A stretch of 64,000 nt of DNA from a virus (IMGVR_UViG_3300012956_000001:1-64000), one strand, 5' to 3'; counted from the first letter of the stretch, positions 10,473 to 20,767 are shown. Made by a program: numbers and translations. Notes: generated by a model not told the origin, from the letters alone.

Positions 10473-10733
10473 ATGACAGATTACAATGACTATGACGAGT
10501 GGCCCGATCTGATAACGCCACAAAACGTATATCGACTACTGGATATTTTTCCTGAGTCGAAGCTGTTGCAGGTGTATGCATTACCAAAAAACTCAACCGA
10601 ACGTGCTGCTGCGTGGTCAGACCTTGGTGTTACTGATCCGTTAAAGCAACAAGCACTTGAAGTTGAGTTAGACAATCTAATTGCTGCATTAGCCAGCAAA
10701 AGAGGCACTAATGAAGAACATGGGTATCATTGA
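10473..10733 (+). CDS. hypothetical protein
   Basis: ORF tightly packed in the gene run. Confidence 0.5.
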   Translation: MTDYNDYDEWPDLITPQNVYRLLDIFPESKLLQVYALPKNSTERAAAWSDLGVTDPLKQQALEVELDNLIAALASKRGTNEEHGYH

Positions 10734-11001
10734 TCAATGGACGGGTATAGATGGTGACGTACATTATCAGGTTGATGTAGAACTACAAGAATCGTATGCA
10801 CCAACTGGTTCACATGTCTTGACACATGTATTACATGTGAAAGCTGTAGATCATGTGACTCACCAGATGGCAACGAACCAATATATTGTATTGACTCCAC
10901 CCGAACGTATCGATGGTCGTATGCGATATAGTGAGTCGGACTGTCATGGCATTGCAAAAGTAATTAAAGAAACCATTGAGTCGGCAAAAATTAATGGCTA
11001 A
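10711..11001 (+). CDS. hypothetical protein
   Basis: RBS AGAGG; ORF in the gene run. Confidence 0.5.
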   Translation: MKNMGIIDQWTGIDGDVHYQVDVELQESYAPTGSHVLTHVLHVKAVDHVTHQMATNQYIVLTPPERIDGRMRYSESDCHGIAKVIKETIESAKING

Positions 11002-11530
11002 ACCGTTGTTGTCGAGAGATATCAAATACGCTCAGAGTCAGACCAAATCGCATGCCGAGGCGGCCCGATACCTAAACGTATCCTTTAGCACCTATAAACG
11101 ATATGCCACCGATTATGGTCTGTATGACACAGACCACAAGAATCCGTCTGGCAAGGGCATCAGTAAATTAAAGAGTAAAGGACTGTTTGGTATTCAAGAG
11201 ATTCTGGACGGGAAACACCCAAATTACGATAGAACGAAATTCAAAGAGCGTCTGATACGTGCCAAATACCTGACGCACGCCTGTGCCTATTGTGGACACA
11301 GCCAGACCCGTCCTAATGGTCGGGGACCGTATACCTTGGACTACCGGGATGGGGATAGAACCAACCTACAATTAGATAACCTACAATTGATATGTTACAA
11401 TTGTACATATTTAACCAACGGTCGAATCACGGTCGAATCCGAGGATGTTCCCTTCTCACCACACGATTACAACGAGGTACTAGGTGACGATGAAATGCTT
11501 GAGTTACGTAAGGAGTTGATGGGTATTTAG
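10994..11530 (+). CDS. HTH plus degenerate HNH-fold protein
   Basis: SHAEAARYLNVSFSTYKRY HTH; CAYCG...LDYRDGDRTN...NLQLICYNC. Confidence 0.7.
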   Translation: MAKPLLSRDIKYAQSQTKSHAEAARYLNVSFSTYKRYATDYGLYDTDHKNPSGKGISKLKSKGLFGIQEILDGKHPNYDRTKFKERLIRAKYLTHACAYCGHSQTRPNGRGPYTLDYRDGDRTNLQLDNLQLICYNCTYLTNGRITVESEDVPFSPHDYNEVLGDDEMLELRKELMGI

Positions 11531-12208
11531 TTACATACATTTAGTACATTGACATTTGGAAGTCTCCTCATTAGATTTGTGTATCACTAATGAGGAGATT
11601 TTGCTTGTCCAGTATTCAGATGTTGCTCATCGCATACGCCATTGTTCATACATACGTTGCCTATCAAATCCGAGAAGGTCTACGCATCCAGTATGGATTA
11701 GATAATTGGTGGTGTGTTTTGCTTGCCGTTTTTTGGCCCATTAGTGCAGTAATGGGTCTGGTGGCCGTGAAGATGGGCATTCCTCCTAAGAGAGATTGAT
11801 AATGTCTGAACTAACAAACGTCAAGATGATAGCTCTCACAGATGTTGGAACGGGCAAGGTAAATATTTCGTTATTGACCACGAATAATAGATTGTTTCTA
11901 TATACCGGATCAACAAATACGATCCAATTTAAAGGGGTTTCCGATACGGGAGGGTGGAGAGAAATTGAAATGCCTGTAGAACGTGATGGTTCCCCTATTA
12001 TTCAACAACCTATCGGAGTATGACATGACTTTACCCGAACTGATAGAAGCCCTTGCCGATGAAGTCGAGAAACTTCAGGCAAAGAACACCGCCCTCGAAG
12101 CCGAGGTGGTTCGACTACGAGAAGTTGCATTATCCGCATTTCGAGAAGGACGAGACGAAGCATTGCGACTTACCAAACATTACACCACTCAACAATCGGA
12201 CATATAAA

Positions 12209-12541
12209 ATGATCGCTCTAATGATTTTTGTCATTTATGGACTTCTCGGCGTGTGTACTCTTGCTTTGGCAATCCGGTTTGCACCGGGGATGTACTACGA
12301 GTGGGAAAGATCGAATAGCAACCCGCCTGGCCGATGGGTTCGGTCGAGTTATGATGCTGGATTCGATTTTGTGCTGACTGCGACGCTCTGGCCATTGGCC
12401 ATCTTCGCCGTGTTGGGCTACAAAGTCGCAAACAGCGCGAAGGATTCTCTCAATTCTGGCATTACACTTCGAGCACAACTGGAAAAGGATTTGGCTAAGG
12501 CCAATAAAGAAATTGACGAACTCTTGAAGCAGGGTAAGTAA
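12209..12541 (+). CDS. membrane protein
   Basis: Two hydrophobic segments, LWP motif, C-terminal coiled coil. Confidence 0.55.
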   Translation: MIALMIFVIYGLLGVCTLALAIRFAPGMYYEWERSNSNPPGRWVRSSYDAGFDFVLTATLWPLAIFAVLGYKVANSAKDSLNSGITLRAQLEKDLAKANKEIDELLKQGK

Positions 12542-12889
12542 ATGACTGACCTGACAGAGCGGCTGGCGGCGAAGCTGGGAACCGCGAATGTGTCCGGGAA
12601 TGGCGGCTGGCTGATCGCCCACGATGCCCCCATCCTCCTCCCCCTCCTCCTCTCGGAGCCGGAGCTGGTGGCGGGGTTGCCGGAGAAGGTGCGGGTCGCG
12701 GCGTTGCAGTCGCTGTTGAAGGCCGCACCCGTGATGGAATCGGCGTTCGTGGATGCCGCCGAGGTGCTGGCTCTAGCGCCGGAGGAGTTGCGGCTGTCGG
12801 TGCTGACGCCGATGGAACGGGAGCAATTACGGCACGGAAAATCAGCCCTCGCCAAAGCCGCGTTCACACAGGAGGAAACTGATGACTGA
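12542..12889 (+). CDS. hypothetical protein, GC-rich relative to its neighbours
   Basis: 115-aa ORF abutting both neighbours. Confidence 0.55.
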   Translation: MTDLTERLAAKLGTANVSGNGGWLIAHDAPILLPLLLSEPELVAGLPEKVRVAALQSLLKAAPVMESAFVDAAEVLALAPEELRLSVLTPMEREQLRHGKSALAKAAFTQEETDD

Positions 12890-13367
12890 TTACGGACATG
12901 GGTGTTCAGAAGATCCAACCGTTTCTTGCACTTTGCATAATTTGCATTGTGGCTATCCCAAATGTGCAAAGGGAAAACGTGACGAGGCCGCTAAATTAGA
13001 AAAGTTGAAATCACGAATGCCGTCAGGTGGGGATCTAAAATGGATTACATTCGAGCCAGGCGATCCATGTGATACATGGGAAGAACAATCGTGGCGGTGG
13101 CATAGAGAAGCAATGGCACAACGTAGCCGTGCTAATAATCTAGAAGATGAACTTAAACAAATGACTAGTGAACGAAACTACCACGAAGCTGATGCTGCGT
13201 TGATCCGAAAAGAAGATGACGTAGAAATTGCAGGATTAAATCGGGCATTGGAACTAGCACAAAAAGCAGGGGATGCTAAAGTGCCACGCGATTGGTATAG
13301 TACCATTGAAGCTCTCCGTGAAGAAAACCATAAACTAAGAAGTGAGCGTTCAAACAATGACAAGTGA
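12882..13367 (+). CDS. hypothetical coiled-coil protein with Cys/His-rich N-terminus
   Basis: RBS GGAGG; GC..D..C..H..HCGYP.C. Confidence 0.6.
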   Translation: MTDYGHGCSEDPTVSCTLHNLHCGYPKCAKGKRDEAAKLEKLKSRMPSGGDLKWITFEPGDPCDTWEEQSWRWHREAMAQRSRANNLEDELKQMTSERNYHEADAALIRKEDDVEIAGLNRALELAQKAGDAKVPRDWYSTIEALREENHKLRSERSNNDK

Positions 13368-14031
13368 ACAGAAGAATTACATTGTAGGTGTATGCATGGG
13401 AATTTTGATCGGTGTGTTGATTACTCTTATCGTGAGTTCCTATTAATATGACGCCTTTTGAACGATCAATTTTGATCAATGAAATTGCAAATTCCATTGA
13501 ACGATATGCAGAACGGTTAGATACTGCCTATGGAAGTGAAACCCACGATGAATATCGATTGGGTCAACGCCGAGCCACACACGATGTTGCCAAGATGATT
13601 CGTGACTTTGATGGCGAAGTATTTCAGAAATTCCTTGACTCACGGAAGACTACACATGCATAAGCTTACTGATTTCAAGATTCGTATGATCTCCGTTGGT
13701 ACCGGCGTCACAGACGACTATCCAGACGGTGGTTGTGTCATTCTGTATGCCTTGCTCGAGGATGGTCGTATTTTTGCCAAGTCGGGATATTCCAATGCAA
13801 CAGACTTGTGGGATGAGATCGATCCCGCTATTGGCGAAACCCACACACCGATGGAATAATCTATGTGCGCTATTGTGTCTTCCACCGGAATAGGACAACT
13901 GTTCCCTATTATTGAACGTGGAAGAAAACTTAAAGCAACATGGACTGTGGAACTCTCCAAAGATTTAAACGCATTTTATGGAAATGATGTCCTCGAAGAT
14001 CTGGTCCAAATGGTAAATAAGGAGTTGACGC

Positions 14032-14379
14032 ATGACAACAGGTGAAATTATCTTTATCACGTGGATTGTTACGGCAATTGCAACCGTGCCGATTGTTTCA
14101 TATCTCTATGCACAGGACAAAATCAGTCAATATGATGCGCCAATATATCTAATTGGTGGTATTTTTCCTATCTTTGGTGTGATTTTTTTGATCATGACGG
14201 TACTAGACAAATATGTTAACTATATCAATCGTATTAGAGATGAGAACATCCACAAAAGAGAAATACTTCGATTTGAAGCAAAGCAAATTAAAAAGCCCCA
14301 AGATCGCAATTTCATTGCCGAAGCTACACAAGAGGTTGATGATCTCTTGAAACAACCAAATAACGAATCAGAAACTTGA
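14032..14379 (+). CDS. membrane protein
   Basis: RBS AAGGAG; two TM segments. Confidence 0.55.
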   Translation: MTTGEIIFITWIVTAIATVPIVSYLYAQDKISQYDAPIYLIGGIFPIFGVIFLIMTVLDKYVNYINRIRDENIHKREILRFEAKQIKKPQDRNFIAEATQEVDDLLKQPNNESET

Positions 14380-14405
14380 ACAATAGACGAAAGGTAACAT
14401 AATCT

Positions 14406-14651
14406 ATGTTTGTAAACAAAACGGTCCATGTACTTGTCAGTCAATATGCACCAAAGACCATGTGCGGTCGTGATCCAACAAATTTTAATATCAGTCATGG
14501 TATGCGATCCAGAGGACCACACAATCCGTGGATGGTGATGGAAACAACCAAATTGAATCTAGCAAACAAACTTGGTAAGGGCGTACTATGTAAACGATGT
14601 CAAAAAAGTTGGAATCTTAGATACCCCGATCATGCCTTTTTGGAATATTAA
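14406..14651 (+). CDS. small Zn-finger protein, paralog 1 of 4
   Basis: VH..KTMCG...CKRCQKSWNLR. Confidence 0.65.
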   Translation: MFVNKTVHVLVSQYAPKTMCGRDPTNFNISHGMRSRGPHNPWMVMETTKLNLANKLGKGVLCKRCQKSWNLRYPDHAFLEY

Positions 14652-14833
14652 ATTACACACAAGGAATTTCTTATGAAAGAGTATATGCGGGTTTTGCCAA
14701 CGGGTAGCTGGGACATTCTCATGAATAGAATCAATGCCCATGCCGAAGAGGGGTGGGTGGTCGTTGGTAGTATCATTGTAGGCCAGAATGGGCCTATTAC
14801 TGAGACGTATTCTGTGCTCATGGAACGAGATAA

Positions 14834-15085
14834 ATGATAAAATCACAAAAAACCACACATCTGCTAGGTGATCCATCTACAGTCAAAACCTTGTGTGGTA
14901 TAGAAAGTGCTAAATTTGATACCGCGCATATCTTATACGCGACAGAAGATCGGTCACCACAAGCAGCATTATTGGTCATTTATAACAAGGGAAGGCATCC
15001 AAGTAAAACAGTACGAAAAGAAGTATGTAAGAAGTGCAGAACATACTGGAATCTTCGTCATCCGTCTCAACTGGTGGTTATATGA
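14834..15085 (+). CDS. small Zn-finger protein, paralog 2 of 4
   Basis: TH..KTLCG...CKKCRTYWNLR. Confidence 0.65.
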   Translation: MIKSQKTTHLLGDPSTVKTLCGIESAKFDTAHILYATEDRSPQAALLVIYNKGRHPSKTVRKEVCKKCRTYWNLRHPSQLVVI

Positions 15086-15339
15086 AAGTTCATATCTTCG
15101 AAACCAACCATGCTCCCGTCACCTATTGTGGTATTCCCAGATCATCCTTTAGGCAATTTGTAACAGATATATACCACGAAGATCCAAACATGCCAGGTGT
15201 AGAACTTGCAACTGGTAAGACTGATCGGCTACTATATGAAACTCGTGCATCGGTAACATACTGTAAATCATGTGCCCGACTGTATAATCTGTATGTAATG
15301 CATGGAACTCAACATCCTTTATTGCCAGCAATTCAATAA
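15082..15339 (+). CDS. small Zn-finger protein, paralog 3 of 4
   Basis: MKVHI..VTYCG...CKSCARLYNL. Confidence 0.65.
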   Translation: MKVHIFETNHAPVTYCGIPRSSFRQFVTDIYHEDPNMPGVELATGKTDRLLYETRASVTYCKSCARLYNLYVMHGTQHPLLPAIQ

Positions 15340-15340
15340 C

Positions 15341-15583
15341 ATGAAAGCCCACATCCTACCAACCGAACATTCGTCGGTCACCCATTGTGGTATTAAAAGA
15401 TTAGCAACACATGAAGTAGGATATACCACCACACCAGATAACTCTATGCCAAAAACATATTGGATAAACCTAAACGTACATACCTTTATCTGTGAACGAT
15501 GTAAGATATCGTATAATCTACGAACGCCAGCTGTGCCATTCTACGATGGTATGCAACTGCACCTAGAGTATACTGAGGTGTGA
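15341..15583 (+). CDS. small Zn-finger protein, paralog 4 of 4
   Basis: MKAHI..VTHCG...CERCKISYNLR. Confidence 0.65.
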   Translation: MKAHILPTEHSSVTHCGIKRLATHEVGYTTTPDNSMPKTYWINLNVHTFICERCKISYNLRTPAVPFYDGMQLHLEYTEV

Positions 15584-16329
15584 TATACCAGTGATATCAA
15601 AGTAGTAGGAAAGAACATATATCTTTGATTATCTAGATTTTGATCAACATAAATACCCGGTTAGAGAGCTACTATGGCCACGCCACGCCTGAGTAGCTCT
15701 CTTTGTGCGTTCATCGAGCTTTTAGGTATTTTAACTGGCATGATCTGGCAGGTGTAAGTGTATAACTCCCGCAGAAAGAGCGAACCTGCTCATTCTCTAC
15801 TATGTGATGGCGGAGTTGCTCGTTCTCTACTACTAGCATGTATGTGTATGCCATGTGTTGTATACTGTGTATGTGTTCCTGAAGGAGTAAGCGATATCGC
15901 CCGTTAGATTATAAAAGGCTTTTATAAAGTGGTAACTAATATTAAGCAAGTTACTTAGCCTGAACTGCCATTAGATATGACCGAAATGAAACTTAGATGC
16001 CTTGAATGTGTACAAGGCTATTAGCCACATTAAGCTTATGCAACTTATATGTCGTGTATAGGCCTTTTAAAGCCTTTTAAACGGCCGAGAGGCGTTATCG
16101 CTCACGCCCCTGGGTGTTTGTAAAATTATGTACAAACTTTTATAAGCTTGTTACAAGGTTTATAAAGACTTGTACAAGTACACGTCTGCGAGCGAAGTCG
16201 CTCGTCGGGACGTGGCTTATATGTGTTATATATGTTTACAACGGTATTACACACATTTGTTACAAAGAAGACACTTGACAAATGGGTGCTTATGGTGTAT
16301 CTTTATACCATACTCAAACGGAGACACCT

Positions 16330-16722
16330 GTGAATTGCTTCTTCTGTAAGACCGAGGTTAAGCGTACGAATGCCGATGTACGGGCTGTCCTGTGTGACCG
16401 CTGTGTACAACGGTGCCTTGGCGCCCCGGAGATCAAGGAGCCTGTCAAGAAGGTTACCTATGAGGAAAAGAAGGTTCGTAAGGCGGAACGGCTGGCACGT
16501 AAGGCTGGGAAGCTCGAGAAGCTCAAGACAGCCACCCGTGGAAAGGGACGCGGCTGGCACTTGAAGAAGCTCTTTCATTATGAGGGCACCTTCTATTCCT
16601 TTGGTGAGGTGATCGACGCTGCACAGGCCGAGCGGTTGAAGAAGGAACTGGCCAAGGCCGAGGGTGCTGACCCGTTTAAGGTGAAGCGCGGCCGTGGCCG
16701 ACCGAAGAAGGTTGTAGCCTAA
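16330..16722 (+). CDS. Zn-ribbon protein with C-terminal AT-hook
   Basis: GTG after GGAG; CFFC...CDRC; KRGRGRPKK. Confidence 0.7.
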   Translation: MNCFFCKTEVKRTNADVRAVLCDRCVQRCLGAPEIKEPVKKVTYEEKKVRKAERLARKAGKLEKLKTATRGKGRGWHLKKLFHYEGTFYSFGEVIDAAQAERLKKELAKAEGADPFKVKRGRGRPKKVVA

Positions 16723-17255
16723 TATGCGAGACGCCTATTCGGATCTTGGTCACGCTTACGCCGAATGGCGGGTTGTCAAGGAATTGATCGAACATGAGAT
16801 TCGTGAGAACAACATGCGCCGGACCCGAGAGAACATCCAACACTGGGAGCCGGCGCCACGAATCATTGAGGAGCTTGGCGTGATTGAATCCAAGAAGGCC
16901 TCTGCTATCAATCTCGCATACGACCGAGTGCGTCAACTGGAGCGATTCCGTGTTAGTGAACAAGCAGACGGCTGCTCTAATTGAAAGTGTACTTCAGCAG
17001 GTTTCTAATTCAGCACCTGTAAAGCAGGCTGAGCCCGAGCCGGTAATTGAAGAACCAGCATTCCGGTCAGTTGAATGGACGCCCTTACATGGAACTCCCA
17101 CCATGCTTAAGGATTTGCCCGATGATTATCTTCGGAATGTCATCTTCTTCATTCAGCGCCGTTCAACAGGCGCTGATCCACTGCAGGATAATATAAAGGG
17201 CCACCCATTGTGGGAAGCGGTCACTGCAGAAGCAGATTACCGCAAGCTCTCGTGG

Positions 17256-17410
17256 AGTTAATTCAGCAGCTATAGAAGACCCATCCTCCCAAGTTAATTC
17301 AGCGAGAGTTCCCCGGTCTTCCAGAGGAGTTAATTCAGCATCTTCCATATAGCGGTCATATATGGTAAAGTTAATTCAGCATCGCCTATACCATAGGAAG
17401 TTAATTCAGC
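17256..17410. repeat. five direct repeats of AGTTAATTCAGC
   Basis: Copies start at 17256, 17292, 17328, 17369, 17399. Confidence 0.95.
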
Positions 17411-18393
17411 ATGTCTACTAAAGAGCGTTTGATCGGGTATATTCTGTTAGCCCTCATGGGTCTATGGATGGGCATGGCCATGGCTGACGTAATGATGCAC
17501 GTATACCGACATGCTGAATTAGTGGACACCTATCGGATCTTCATGCTCGCTCCTCTCGTGTGGTTCGTGGTATACCTTGGTGCAAAGTTCTATTCAAAGG
17601 CTGAAACGGCCATCATCGTCATGGCGACAGCCATTCCATTCTCTTTAGCGCTCATCGATATTAAGAGCTATCTATCGCTAGCGCTCATTCATAGCGCTCT
17701 CGCATACCACGTTTACAAGCTTCATAGAGACATCCCCGATGACCCTTGACATCATGCAACTGCTCGCCGGTCTTGCAATGGTTCACATCGATGACGAAGA
17801 ATTCACTTTAACGTTCCCCACTGTAACACCAATCATGGAAAGCTTTACTAGTGAAGTACCTGACCCACCCGAAGAAACACCGAACCGAACAGAAACCGAA
17901 TAAAACCCGAACAAACCCCGAAAGGGCCAAAATTCGTAAAGTGTTGCCACGCAACAACTTAGAGCTTCTCAAGTCACTTAACTTGAGAGGCTCTAAACGC
18001 ATATGGCCCAAGCGCTTACAAAAAGCATGCGTCACCTCAGAAGATGCTTTAACTCACCTCACATATCACGTTATATCAGATATTCCAAATGGTGGTATAT
18101 ATAGACTTAGCGAGAAGTATAATATAAAGGATGAGGCATAAGCGTTAACGCTTTTGTTTTCAACCATTTAGGGAGCTTTCGGGACATGTTCGGGAAAGCC
18201 CCAGAAAAAACAAGCACGGAATATACCGCCAGGTACGCACGCCCACAAGTGCTAGCAGCCGAATGTTACACAATCGTTACAAACCGGGAATTGTAACGAA
18301 CAGATTACAATTCGCCAGGAGACTTGTGGATCGCCCTCGAGCAGTCTATATTACGGGGTTACGACAATAGACTCTAAAACAGGAAATCGAAAA

Positions 18394-19260
18394 ATGAGCA
18401 CTACTCTCCCGGTCAAGCGTGGTCGCGGTCGCCCGAAGAAGGCGGATGCTCTTGCTATGGAAGCGGCTCGGATTGCCGCCCTCCGCAAGACGAACGAAAC
18501 TCCGGCGGAACGTGTCGCTCGCATCGGTGAGCGGTTTACCGTTATGTATCGCCTCGCGCAGGGCGTCATTAACGGAATGGTTCGCTCGCTCATTGTCTCC
18601 GGTGCTCCGGGTACGGGCAAGACGCACACTCTTGACCACCTGCTCCAGACTGCCGCGGATCGTGATACGATTCGGTACACCGCCATCCGCGGTAACGTGA
18701 CGGGTGTTAACCTTTACAAGTTGCTCTTTCACAACAGCGGCGCCAATTGTGTCGTGTTGCTTGACGACACCGATTCGATTTATGAGGACGAAGATTGTAT
18801 GAACGTTCTCAAGGCGGCGCTCGACACTTCCGCCGTCCGCAAGATTTCCTGGCTTTCGGAATCGTCCGCGTTGAAGTCTGAGGATATCCCGACTTCGTTT
18901 GTGTTCGAAGGCGCGATGATCTTTATTACCAACAAGGATTTCCAGGCAATGATTGACGACGGCCGTAACAAGATGGTGCCGCACTTCCGGGCACTTATGT
19001 CGCGGTCAATCTATCTTGACCTGAAGCTCCACACTCTTGACGACCTTATCGCCTGGGTGTCGCATATGGTGCTCAAGAATCACATTCTGGTCCAGCGTGG
19101 TCTGAGCAACGCGCAGGAGTTGGAGGCGGTTCGTTGGTTGCAGGACAATCATACGCAGGTGCGGACTCTCGACATTCGCACCGCCCTGCTCATCGCGGAC
19201 TTCATTAAGACGGACGCGACCAGTTGGGAAACGTTCGCCAAGGTGACTCTGCTCCGGTAG
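18394..19260 (+). CDS. P-loop AAA+ ATPase with N-terminal AT-hook
   Basis: KRGRGRPKK; GAPGTGKT; VVLLDDTD; IFITN; ALMSR. Confidence 0.8.
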   Translation: MSTTLPVKRGRGRPKKADALAMEAARIAALRKTNETPAERVARIGERFTVMYRLAQGVINGMVRSLIVSGAPGTGKTHTLDHLLQTAADRDTIRYTAIRGNVTGVNLYKLLFHNSGANCVVLLDDTDSIYEDEDCMNVLKAALDTSAVRKISWLSESSALKSEDIPTSFVFEGAMIFITNKDFQAMIDDGRNKMVPHFRALMSRSIYLDLKLHTLDDLIAWVSHMVLKNHILVQRGLSNAQELEAVRWLQDNHTQVRTLDIRTALLIADFIKTDATSWETFAKVTLLR

Positions 19261-19283
19261 TATTCACCAAAATTCAAAAATGG

Positions 19284-19315
19284 AAAATGCTCCTTTCGGG
19301 GAGCATTTTTCTTTC
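19284..19315 (+). terminator. intrinsic terminator
   Basis: AAAATGCTCC-TTTCGG-GGAGCATTTT followed by T-rich tail. Confidence 0.75.
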
Positions 19316-19443
19316 CCCAAATCCTGGAGCTCGGTCCCCAATTGTAACGAAATTTTGGTCGCTTGACATTTGTGATTCATGGATGTATATTTTATCCATG
19401 TTGAGAGCAGGACCATACGCAGTTAAACCACACAGGAGGTCAC

Positions 19444-19698
19444 ATGTCCGTCAACAAGCCCAAGTCCACGTTCAAGGCCCTGCAGGTGCTCCGTACGAAG
19501 GTTGCCACTCGCGTCAAGGATTTCCGCCTCGGCGTCGGCACCCGAATCGTCGTGGTCAACTTTAAGGATGGTGTCATCACGGCCCGCGTCGCCGATCCCG
19601 CGAAGGAGAAGGCGAAGGGTGTCCGGCTGACGCTCAAGCCTAGTGAGGTCGAGACCACCCAGCGCGGCCGGCCTCGTAACCCGGAGGTGACCGCCTAA
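19444..19698 (+). CDS. small basic protein with RGRP (AT-hook-like) tail
   Basis: RBS AGGAGG; QRGRPR. Confidence 0.65.
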   Translation: MSVNKPKSTFKALQVLRTKVATRVKDFRLGVGTRIVVVNFKDGVITARVADPAKEKAKGVRLTLKPSEVETTQRGRPRNPEVTA

Positions 19699-19870
19699 GG
19701 TCAACTACTAAACCAAAACGAAAGAAAACAAAGATTAGGATCAAATGATACGGGGGCCCCGGCAGAAATGTCGGGGTTTCTCGTACTCCCCGGTTTGTAA
19801 CGAAATTTTGACCCGCTTGACTGATTATGTACTTGACCCTATATTACGTCAACTTCAACAGGGGAACACA

Positions 19871-20260
19871 ATGGCGGTTACGACGAAGGCAGTCAAGGTC
19901 ACGAACATCGACCGGGGATCGGTCAATGCCCTTCGTGGTGAAATCAACACCGCGCTCAAGAACGTGCTCGACAAGCATGGACTGATTGGTGTTATCGGTA
20001 ACATTACGTTCTCGCCTGGGGCCAATTTCCGTTGCAAGTTGACGGTTTCTCAACCCAAGGCGCCGCGTACTGGCCCCGTTGCAACGCCGAAGGTCGGGGA
20101 TGTGTGGTTGTTCGGCGCCAAGAGCTACACTATCGCCGAGGTTCGTGGTGCTGACGTTGTGGTGGAAAACGTCAACGCTCGTCCGAAGTGGGGCCGTCCG
20201 GCCAAGCGGTACCGCATCACCATCGCCAAGTTGCAGTCTGACGGAACCTTTCTCCGGTAA
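19871..20260 (+). CDS. hypothetical protein
   Basis: Own promoter and RBS; MAVTTKAVK start. Confidence 0.6.
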   Translation: MAVTTKAVKVTNIDRGSVNALRGEINTALKNVLDKHGLIGVIGNITFSPGANFRCKLTVSQPKAPRTGPVATPKVGDVWLFGAKSYTIAEVRGADVVVENVNARPKWGRPAKRYRITIAKLQSDGTFLR

Positions 20261-20266
20261 TCAACG

Positions 20267-20767
20267 ATGAAGCTCAACGTCTATCTCCGGTATTACAAGG
20301 CATTCGAAAATGTGCCCGATGAAGTAATACCGGAGCTCGCCAAGCTCAACCTCGGTCACTGCGGCATCATGAAGGAATATGTGCCCGTCTGTGACGGCAA
20401 GATTGTAAAAACGAAGGTGCCCTGCTATTGGAATAACGACGGGTACTATTACGAACATCGGTGTTCCAAGTGCAATGGCGAACACTACAATCAGAGCATG
20501 ACGGCCAAGCGGCATATCGTCGTCGCGTATGATGGACGGACTGACAAGGCCGTAGGCTGGTCAATGGTGGACAAGCACGATCATATCAACATCTTTGTTG
20601 CACGTCGGTGGCGCAAGAAGGGCCTCGCCACGCGGATCGTGGTCCACGGCTGTAAGTACCTGCCCAAGACGATTAAGGTCCACACCGAGAAGGCCCGAAA
20701 CGTGGTTATCGAGGCGTCAAAGCGATCCAAGTTCAAGAAGGTGGTTCCGGGCTGGGATTGGTGTTAA
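20267..20767 (+). CDS. GNAT-like acetyltransferase
   Basis: AVGW, IFVARRWRKKGLAT (acetyl-CoA binding motif A). Confidence 0.65.
   Translation: MKLNVYLRYYKAFENVPDEVIPELAKLNLGHCGIMKEYVPVCDGKIVKTKVPCYWNNDGYYYEHRCSKCNGEHYNQSMTAKRHIVVAYDGRTDKAVGWSMVDKHDHINIFVARRWRKKGLATRIVVHGCKYLPKTIKVHTEKARNVVIEASKRSKFKKVVPGWDWC

Noticed and set aside
17256-17410. CRISPR array
   Set aside because: The repeat is only 12 bp, spacers are 18-29 bp and uneven, and no cas genes are in the window; kept as an iteron-like repeat
17851-18141. 96-aa ORF as a real gene
   Set aside because: It is a translation of the low-complexity CCGAA repeat tract, with no RBS or motif
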